Assembly (NCBI GenBank): GCA_016235455.1
Contig: JACRKZ010000039.1
Span: 1 to 37,957, forward strand
Reading direction: 5' to 3'
Source: Armatimonadota bacterium
Lineage (GTDB): Bacteria; Armatimonadota; UBA10988
Length of the DNA: 37,957 nucleotides
Positions 1 through 6,723 of the stretch are shown one piece after another (position 1 is the first letter of the stretch; each line of letters opens with the position of its first letter). Both the position numbers and the translations under genes were made by a program. The notes beneath the pieces were generated by a model. The model searched no databases. It worked only from the letters and a program-made list of their open reading frames with translations, and was not told the origin of the DNA.

Positions 1-1
1 C

Positions 2-229
2 AATGTGCACAAGGCGCGGTGCATCGCGCCCGACCTGTTCGACCTGGCTCGCAAACCGCCTGGCAAGCCGACGCGGGCCGAGTGCGGCTGCTGCGCCAGC
101 ATCGATATCGGCGCCTACGAGACCTGCCCGCACGGCTGCGGCGCGAGCTACTGCTACGCCGTGGCCAGCCATGAGCGCGCGCTGGCCAACTGCCGGGCGC
201 ATGAGCCGGGAGCGACCCGCCTGGGTTGA
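2..229 (+). CDS. DUF1848 family protein, C-terminal part (truncated by window edge)
   Basis: C-terminal motif RAECGCCASIDIGAYETCPHGC...YCYA matches the DUF1848 CxCxxSxDIGxYxTCxHGCxYCYA Cys cluster; TGA at 227-229. Confidence 0.85.
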   Translation, partial: NVHKARCIAPDLFDLARKPPGKPTRAECGCCASIDIGAYETCPHGCGASYCYAVASHERALANCRAHEPGATRLG

Positions 230-241
230 GCCACGCGCCGC

Positions 242-1597
242 TCAGGCGTCCAGCGTCTCCTGCTCGTCGGCCTCGGCGGTCTCGAAGTGCGTCCGTCCAT
301 CGACCGCCATGCGCAGCGCACTGACCACCGGCTCGACCTCCGCGCCGTGGTTCACCTCAATGACCCGTCCGCCGACCAGCTCGACGCGGTGGCCTGCACT
401 GGTCTCGGCCACCCCCGCCACGTCGTCCCAGCCGAAGACGGCCTCCTGCCCGGAGGTATCCCGCAGCATCACGCGGCCGCCCAGCACCATCGCGTTGGGT
501 GGATCGTTACGCCTCTCCTGGCGTGCGGCCTCGGCCAATTGGTCAATGACGGCCAGCGCGGCCACGCCGAGGGACACCGCGGTGAGCAGGTAGGCGGTTA
601 GCGTAGCGTAAGCGACGGCACCGGCGACAAGAATCGCGGACAGCCCGACGATGGGTATCCACGGGATGCCGCTCTCGTCACCGGCGTCGAACTGCGCGCC
701 GCCCTGGGCAGGCCGGCTGCCCGGCGTCGCGCGACTGACCCCCCGCAGGGCACCGACCGCCAAGGCCGGCTGACCGGCCGGCGACAACGCCGCCGCGGGC
801 ACCGGCGGCGCCGCGGCGTGGAAGCCAGCACGATGCGCCACCACCGTGCGGAGCGCACCAACCAGCGGCTCAAACGCCGCCGCAGCGGGCAGATGGACGA
901 CCCGACCGCCGCTCAGCCGCACATCGTGCCGCAGTGGGCCAGAGTCGATTCGCTCCACCTGCCCCCAGGCGAACGTGACCGGCAACTGGCCGCGACGCTG
1001 CACCTCCACACCGCTCGGGCCGGCCGCGACACGACACGCCGGCCGCCGCCGTCGGGCTGCCACGTAGGCCGACAGGCGCGCGCAGAGCGCGGCACCAGCC
1101 GCCATCGGCGCCAGTGCCAGCAGCCATGGGTTCCACGGCAGACTGGCGCTCTGGGCGAGGAGCCAGCCAAGCGACACAACGGCGAGGAGGGCGGCCCACG
1201 ACGCCAGGTCGGCGCTGGATGGCGAGTCCTCCACCGGCCCTTCGGCGACGACCGCGACTCGGAACCCGGCCAACCAACGCTCGACATCCGCGGGTTCGAT
1301 GAGAAGGTGCCCGTCGTCCTCGGTTCGCGCGAGCATGGCTTGGTTGATGGCCTGGCCCAGCCCACTCATTCCCGCAACGCCGCGCTCGATCCGCACTTGG
1401 CGCAGACCGGCCTGGACAACCAGCGTGTCGGCGCCGTCCCAGTGCACCGCCGTCACATCGCCCCACGGTATGTGCAGCGGTCGCCCGATCCACCGCTCTA
1501 CCGTGACGCCGTCTTCATCAAGCACTACCGCCCGCCGGTTGCGCAGCCAGCCGTGGCGGTCGGGGAAGCGTTGGGGCTCGCAGTTGGCGCCGCTCAT
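242..1597 (-). CDS. Array paralog 6 (B-type, long, 451 aa): membrane protein with three PH-like modules
   Basis: Starts MSGANCEPQRFPDRHGWLRNRRAVVLDEDG; ATG overlaps the stop of paralog 5 (ATGA, 1594-1597); two hydrophobic hairpins; repeated WxxV beta-rich modules. Confidence 0.85.
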   Translation of the reverse strand: MSGANCEPQRFPDRHGWLRNRRAVVLDEDGVTVERWIGRPLHIPWGDVTAVHWDGADTLVVQAGLRQVRIERGVAGMSGLGQAINQAMLARTEDDGHLLIEPADVERWLAGFRVAVVAEGPVEDSPSSADLASWAALLAVVSLGWLLAQSASLPWNPWLLALAPMAAGAALCARLSAYVAARRRRPACRVAAGPSGVEVQRRGQLPVTFAWGQVERIDSGPLRHDVRLSGGRVVHLPAAAAFEPLVGALRTVVAHRAGFHAAAPPVPAAALSPAGQPALAVGALRGVSRATPGSRPAQGGAQFDAGDESGIPWIPIVGLSAILVAGAVAYATLTAYLLTAVSLGVAALAVIDQLAEAARQERRNDPPNAMVLGGRVMLRDTSGQEAVFGWDDVAGVAETSAGHRVELVGGRVIEVNHGAEVEPVVSALRMAVDGRTHFETAEADEQETLDA

Positions 1598-2499
1598 GCG
1601 TCCAGCGTCTCCTGCTCCGCGTCGGCCGGGCTCAGGCCGCGGTGCGCCTCGGTCCAGCGCTGGCCCGCTGGGGATAGGGCGCTGGCAGGCACCGGCAGGT
1701 GTTCCGCGTCGAACCCCTCGCGCCGGCGTGCCAAGTGACGCAGCGCGTTCAGAACCGGCTCAAACTGCGGGCGGTTCGGCATGGTCAGGTCGCGGCCGTC
1801 GCTCAGGTGGATGCGGCAGCCGTCGGACCACTCCACCAGCCCAATCACTTCGTGCCAGGCGAAGCTGTCGGGCTGGCCGCCGGCCGGATGAATGGTCACC
1901 CTCTCGCTGTCGGCGGTGACGCGGCAGGCGGCGGGGCCGAGCGCGGTCAGGCGCCGCGTCGACAGCCACGTCACCGCGGCGATGAGCTTGGCGGTGAGCA
2001 GCACGACCAGCAACCAGGCGATCCATGCCCAGGTCGATCCGCCGCTCGGCGGCCCGTAGCCCAACGCCAGCCACCACAGCGCCAGGCTGCCCACCAATCC
2101 CAGCCCGAGCGCCCCCGCCAGGGCCACCAGGCCCCCTTCGTGCAGGTCGAGCGCCGGCCGATGAACAGCACTGGTGAACCCTCCCAGCCAGCGCGCCACA
2201 TCGTCGGCCAGGGCGCCGCCAGCGGCGTCCTCCTCGGCCTGCCCGGTGACGCGTTCATGCACCGCGCGCGCCAGTTGGCTGAGCCCCACCACGCCGCGGT
2301 CCAGCGACACGCTGCTGCCCATGGTGATCAACTCGAGCGTGTGCGCGCCATGCCAGCGCGCGCCAGCCAAGTCGCCCCAGGCGATGCTCGTCGGCGGGCC
2401 CAGCCAGCGCTCGACCGTGATGCCGCGCTCATCCAGCACCACCGCCCGCCGGTTGCGCAGCCAGCCCTGTCTGTCCACGAAGCGCTGTTCACCGTGCAT
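1594..2499 (-). CDS. Array paralog 5 (A-type, 301 aa): membrane protein with two PH-like modules
   Basis: Real start MHGEQRFVDRQGWLRNRRAVVLD at 2499 (GAGGA RBS upstream) within ORF 1594..3402; central TM hairpin; ends PVPASALS...RGLSPA...EQETLDA. Confidence 0.85.
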   Translation of the reverse strand: MHGEQRFVDRQGWLRNRRAVVLDERGITVERWLGPPTSIAWGDLAGARWHGAHTLELITMGSSVSLDRGVVGLSQLARAVHERVTGQAEEDAAGGALADDVARWLGGFTSAVHRPALDLHEGGLVALAGALGLGLVGSLALWWLALGYGPPSGGSTWAWIAWLLVVLLTAKLIAAVTWLSTRRLTALGPAACRVTADSERVTIHPAGGQPDSFAWHEVIGLVEWSDGCRIHLSDGRDLTMPNRPQFEPVLNALRHLARRREGFDAEHLPVPASALSPAGQRWTEAHRGLSPADAEQETLDA

Positions 2500-2543
2500 C
2501 CAGGTGTCCTCGCCACGACCGCATCGCCAGGCTCCGCTGGTAT

Positions 2544-3866
2544 TCAGGCATCGTTGAGGCGATCCTGCTCTCCCTCGGCCGCGCGAAGGCGATCCCCGCG
2601 TCCGGAACCGGTCGGCTTGCCGACGGCGGCGCGCAAGGCGGCCACGACTCGCGTGACACCGGCGCCCTCGGGCATCATCACGGTTTGGCCGCTCTGGAGC
2701 TGGATGCGGTAGCACGAACCAACGACCGCCACCGACGCCACGTCGGCCAGCTCGATGGTGCGCCTGGGGCCTCGGCCGTCGCCCAGCACCACCTGCTCGC
2801 CGACGAGGGCAGCCCAGGTTCGCCCCCGCCGACGGCGGCCGCGCTGCGGAGCGCAGCCCTTGAACGCCTCGATGATCACCCGCGGCAAGCGCCACAGCAA
2901 GTACAGGCAGATCCAGGTGCCGGCCAACAACGGCGGTTGGTCTTCGGTGACGCCGTTGAGCCAGACGATCAGCAGCGAAGCACCGGTGATGGCGGCAAGA
3001 GCATAGGGGTTCTCGTCCTCGCCAAGCCCAGTCGGCGGGCTCGGTCTGGCCGCGACTGCCACTGGCGCCGGATCCGCCTCGGACGCCGGTGCCGCCCGGC
3101 TGACACCATGCTCCGCAGCATGCGACGCCGATGGCGGCGCCGATGGCGACAGCGCCGCCAAGGGCACGGGCGGCGGCTGAGCGTGGTACCCGGCGCGATG
3201 CGCAAGGACCATGCGTATCGCGCCGAGCAAGGGCTCCAGCTCCCCTGACGCCGGCAGCGACACGGCTCGGCCATCGCTCAGCGTCACGGTGTGCCGATCT
3301 GGGCCGGACTCGACGTGCACGACCTGCGTCCAGGCGAACTCTTCGGGCAACTGGCCGCGCCGCTGGACCTCGACGCCGCTTGGTCCAACCACCACGCGGC
3401 ATGATGGGCGGCGGCGCCGCGCCGCCATCAGGTCATGGCAGCGCGCATACACGGCGCCGATGACGGGCCACGACGCCAGACCGGTGCCTGACGCCGGCGT
3501 CGGCGCATGACCCTCGGTCACAATCGCCACGTGGAATCCGCCGAGCCAGCGTTCGATGTCTTCGGGTGCGACCGGTATCTGTCCGTCGTCGTCGGCACGC
3601 GCCAGCATGGCCGCATCGATGGCCTGGCCCAGGCCATGCACGCCGTCGACGAAGCGGTCGAGCAGCAGCGTCCGACCGGTCGCCTCGACCTCGATCAGAT
3701 CCGGCCCCAGCCAGGTGGTCGCCAGCACATCACCCCAGGGGAGCCGCGCCGCGCCGCCGATCCACCGCTCGACGGTGAGACCGTCGCCATCCAGCACCAC
3801 CGCCCGCCGGTTGCGCAGCCAGCCGCGGCGGTCGGGGAAGCGTTGGGGCTCGTGTGGCGTGGTCAT
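2544..3866 (-). CDS. Array paralog 4 (B-type, long, 440 aa): membrane protein with three PH-like modules
   Basis: Starts MTTPHEPQRFPDRRGWLRNRRAVVLDGDG; ATGA overlap with paralog 3; closely similar to paralog 6 (GPSGVEVQRRGQLP, AHRAG, PPVPxAALSP). Confidence 0.85.
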   Translation of the reverse strand: MTTPHEPQRFPDRRGWLRNRRAVVLDGDGLTVERWIGGAARLPWGDVLATTWLGPDLIEVEATGRTLLLDRFVDGVHGLGQAIDAAMLARADDDGQIPVAPEDIERWLGGFHVAIVTEGHAPTPASGTGLASWPVIGAVYARCHDLMAARRRRPSCRVVVGPSGVEVQRRGQLPEEFAWTQVVHVESGPDRHTVTLSDGRAVSLPASGELEPLLGAIRMVLAHRAGYHAQPPPVPLAALSPSAPPSASHAAEHGVSRAAPASEADPAPVAVAARPSPPTGLGEDENPYALAAITGASLLIVWLNGVTEDQPPLLAGTWICLYLLWRLPRVIIEAFKGCAPQRGRRRRGRTWAALVGEQVVLGDGRGPRRTIELADVASVAVVGSCYRIQLQSGQTVMMPEGAGVTRVVAALRAAVGKPTGSGRGDRLRAAEGEQDRLNDA

Positions 3867-4780
3867 GCGTCCGCCTTCTCCGACTCGGCCCGGCTCAGGC
3901 CGCGGTCGACATCGTTTGCCCGCGGCTCGTCATTCGCGAGCGACAGCGCGGCGTCCGTCACCGGTCGCTGAAGGCGAATGCGGGGTTGGCGCGCGGCGAG
4001 CACTCGGCGAACGGTGTCAGCCACCGGCCCAAACTCACCGCGCTTGGGCAGGTCAACGTGGGTGCCATTGGCGGTGCGCAGTTCCCAGGACTCGGCGGTC
4101 TCTCTGACCGACTGGATGTCGTCCCAGGCGATGACCTGCTCCTCGTCGTCATGGCGAACCGACAGGTGGCGGCCATCGGCACGGACCGCGCATGTCGTGT
4201 ACTGCGGACCGGTCACCGCGCGGATCAGAGCGCCTGTAACCCGCATCGCGCCCGCCACGGCGCCAAGGTAGGCCACCAGTACCAGCATGAAGAACCCGAA
4301 GTAGCCGCAGTATGGCTCACAGCGCGCCGCGGCGGAGAACACATAGGCGCCGACCACCGCCGCGGCCACCATCACCACCAGCGGGAGGTAGGCTTCCAAG
4401 CGGCCCCGCAACTCGACCATCGGCTGGCTGGCGGAGAGCTCGACGCGCTTGTACTTGAAGCCGCACAGCCACCGCTCGATGGTCGCAATCCGGCTCATCA
4501 GTCGCCTCTTGCCACCTCCGAACTCCGCCATCGCCGTGTCAACGATCTCCGCGAACCGGTCAAGCCCCGCGACGTGCCCGTCAAGGCATAGCTGGCCTCC
4601 GGGCCAGGCCACCCTGAGCCGGTCCGACCGTAGCCAGCTCGCATCGGTCACCTCCGCCCAGGTGATGCTTAGGACGGGGCCTACCCACCGCTCGACCGCA
4701 ATGCCCCGCTCATCGAGCACCACCGCCCGCCGGTTGCGCAGCCAGCCGCGGCGGTCAGGGAAGCGTTGGGCCTCAGTCAT
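3863..4780 (-). CDS. Array paralog 3 (A-type, 305 aa): membrane protein with two PH-like modules
   Basis: Start MTEAQRFPDRRGWLRNRRAVVLDERG at 4780 with strong GGAGGAGG RBS; TM hairpin; ends PVTDAALSLA...RGLSRA...KADA. Confidence 0.85.
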   Translation of the reverse strand: MTEAQRFPDRRGWLRNRRAVVLDERGIAVERWVGPVLSITWAEVTDASWLRSDRLRVAWPGGQLCLDGHVAGLDRFAEIVDTAMAEFGGGKRRLMSRIATIERWLCGFKYKRVELSASQPMVELRGRLEAYLPLVVMVAAAVVGAYVFSAAARCEPYCGYFGFFMLVLVAYLGAVAGAMRVTGALIRAVTGPQYTTCAVRADGRHLSVRHDDEEQVIAWDDIQSVRETAESWELRTANGTHVDLPKRGEFGPVADTVRRVLAARQPRIRLQRPVTDAALSLANDEPRANDVDRGLSRAESEKADA

Positions 4781-4787
4781 GGCTTCT

Positions 4788-5741
4788 TCACCTCCTCCGC
4801 TTTCCACGGCGCCTTCTGGAGTTGGCCGTCGCTTTGCTGATCCCGCGGTCGCCGCCAGGAACGGCTGCCCGGCCGTGTACGGGCGATAGCGCTGTGTCTG
4901 GAACCGGCCGCACCTCGACGTCGCGCTCATCGCGTACGCGCAGCACCAGCCGCAGGACGCGGAAGAACGGGGCGAACTCCGCGTACGGCGGTATCCGCAC
5001 CGGCTCGCCATTGTGCAGGCCAATCTCGACATAGCCCACCCGCCGCACCATGTAGGCGACTTGCGTCCAGCCAAACACGACGCTCGGCACGGCGCCGCAG
5101 CCAACACGTATGGTGTGCGGGTCGACTGACACCAGGCAGGGCCGAGCGAAGCCAACACGCCGAGCCCGCCACCAGCCGTACAGCAGCATCGAACCGAACA
5201 CCGCAAGGGTGGAGCCAGACATGTAGTAGCGGTTGAAGACGTCGCCGCCAGGATCGAATCTGCGAGGCGGAGTATCGCCATGGACTGCGATCCACGCCAG
5301 CGCGGCAAGACCGAATATCGCGACAAACATGCCGCACCCGGTAGCCCACGAAGCGCACCCGGTGTCGGCGCTCTCCGAGACATCATCGCTCGGCGACCCG
5401 CCGACGTACGCCTCGCGGAAGTCGCCGAGCCACCGCTCGATGTCAGCGGGCGCGACGGCTTCGCGACCACCGTCGTGGGCCTTTGGGCGCATCTTCTGTT
5501 GGATGCCCTCGGCCAAGCCGCCCGCACAGTTCCTCAGCCGGAGCGGCCTATCGACGGTCTTGAGCAACAGCACATTCGAACGTTCCCACCGCGCCGCCAG
5601 CACGTTGCCCCACGCGATGCGCGTTGGTGCCCCCAGCCACCACTCGACCGTAAGGCCGTCGTCGTCGAGCACCACCGCCCGCCGGTTGCGCAGCCAGCCG
5701 CCGCGATCGGGGAAGCGTTGGGGCTCGTGCGGGCTGTTCAT
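4788..5741 (-). CDS. Array paralog 2 (B-type start, short, 317 aa): membrane protein with two PH-like modules
   Basis: Start MNSPHEPQRFPDRGGWLRNRRAVVLDDDG at 5741, ATGA overlap with paralog 1; TM hairpin; PVPDTALSP...RGISKA tail. Confidence 0.83.
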   Translation of the reverse strand: MNSPHEPQRFPDRGGWLRNRRAVVLDDDGLTVEWWLGAPTRIAWGNVLAARWERSNVLLLKTVDRPLRLRNCAGGLAEGIQQKMRPKAHDGGREAVAPADIERWLGDFREAYVGGSPSDDVSESADTGCASWATGCGMFVAIFGLAALAWIAVHGDTPPRRFDPGGDVFNRYYMSGSTLAVFGSMLLYGWWRARRVGFARPCLVSVDPHTIRVGCGAVPSVVFGWTQVAYMVRRVGYVEIGLHNGEPVRIPPYAEFAPFFRVLRLVLRVRDERDVEVRPVPDTALSPVHGRAAVPGGDRGISKATANSRRRRGKRRR

Positions 5742-6640
5742 GCGTCCACCTGCTGCTCCTCCGCCTGGCTCAGCCCGCGGTCGACATCGGCGACCGGCTC
5801 GTGCTCGGCCAGTGACAACGCACCGTCCGGCAGGGGCTGGCCGGCGGTGCGGAAGCTCGCCTGGTGGCGGAGCACGGCCCGGATCGTCTCGATGACCGGC
5901 TGGAACTCGCGGCACTTGGGGATCACGATCTGCGCGCCAGGGACTGTCGACACGACGAAGCAACCATCACGCTCGGCGATGGCTGCCACTTCGGACCAGG
6001 CTGCAATCCGCACCCGACCGCGAGTGACTCGGAAGTGCTCCGCATTGGCCGTGATCTCGCAGGCCTCATCGACGGGCGGCCAGAGCCAATGCACGAGGCC
6101 GATGACCGACGCGATCAGGCCGGCCGGCGTGGCCACCATCAGGAGCGACAGACCGGCATAGCCCGGCTCCCCCTTGCCCGGAGGCGTTGTGCCAGTGAGC
6201 ACATACCAGATGCCGCACCCCAAGCCCACGCCAAGGAACAGCAATGTGAAGTCGGCGTACCCCCGGTCAAGCACGCGGTCAGCCGCCGATTGGCGCACAC
6301 CAAGGCGCGCCTTCTTGAACCCGTTCAGCCAGCGGAGCACATCCCCGCCTCCGATCACGGTGCCGCCCCTCGCGCTGTGTCGCGAAGCCAGTTCGGAGTC
6401 GATGCACGCGGCCAGTTCGGTCAGCCGCTCAGTGCCGGCAGCCACGACGAACTCGCCATCGATGGTGGTCACCACCAGCCGCCCGCCGTCCTGCCACGTT
6501 GCCCCGACGATGTCGCCCCACGGCACGCGCTGCGACCGCCCAACCCAGCGCTGGACCGTGATGCCCGCGTCATCCAGCACCACCGCCCGCCGGTTGCGGC
6601 ACCAACCGCGTCTGTCCCGGAACCGCCGCTCGCCGTCCAT
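5738..6640 (-). CDS. Array paralog 1 (A-type, 300 aa): membrane protein with two PH-like modules
   Basis: Start MDGERRFRDRRGWCRNRRAVVLDDAG at 6640 (alternative GTG at 6646); TM hairpin; ends PLPDGALSLA...RGLSQA...QVDA. Confidence 0.83.
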   Translation of the reverse strand: MDGERRFRDRRGWCRNRRAVVLDDAGITVQRWVGRSQRVPWGDIVGATWQDGGRLVVTTIDGEFVVAAGTERLTELAACIDSELASRHSARGGTVIGGGDVLRWLNGFKKARLGVRQSAADRVLDRGYADFTLLFLGVGLGCGIWYVLTGTTPPGKGEPGYAGLSLLMVATPAGLIASVIGLVHWLWPPVDEACEITANAEHFRVTRGRVRIAAWSEVAAIAERDGCFVVSTVPGAQIVIPKCREFQPVIETIRAVLRHQASFRTAGQPLPDGALSLAEHEPVADVDRGLSQAEEQQVDA

Positions 6641-6723
6641 CGTCACCCGCCCTGAAGACACAACGTATCCCACGCGAGCAGGAGTTCTCCCCGCCGTGGG
6701 CAATTCCTACGCGGAGCCTGTCC

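Larger units (their letters stand above)
1521..6607. repeat. Dispersed 32-bp direct repeat AGCACCACCGCCCGCCGGTTGCGCAGCCAGCC, six copies at the 5' ends of the array genes
   Basis: Identical copies at 2435, 3793, 4716 and 5668; one mismatch at 1521; first 23 bp identical at 6576; encodes GWLRNRRAVVL on the minus strand. Confidence 0.9.

Noticed and set aside
1594-5963. Long ORF calls 1594..3402, 3863..5527 and 4788..5963
   Set aside because: The N-terminal extensions are Arg/Pro-rich off-frame readings overlapping the upstream paralog; conserved motifs and RBS/ATGA overlaps give starts at 2499, 4780 and 5741
1521-6607. 32-bp repeats as a CRISPR array or integron attC sites
   Set aside because: Copies are 908-1358 bp apart, lie in frame inside coding sequence and are not palindromic; no cas or integron integrase gene is in the window
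242-6640. Array as a diversity-generating retroelement or shufflon
   Set aside because: No reverse transcriptase, TR/VR pair or invertase seen, and all repeats are in direct orientation
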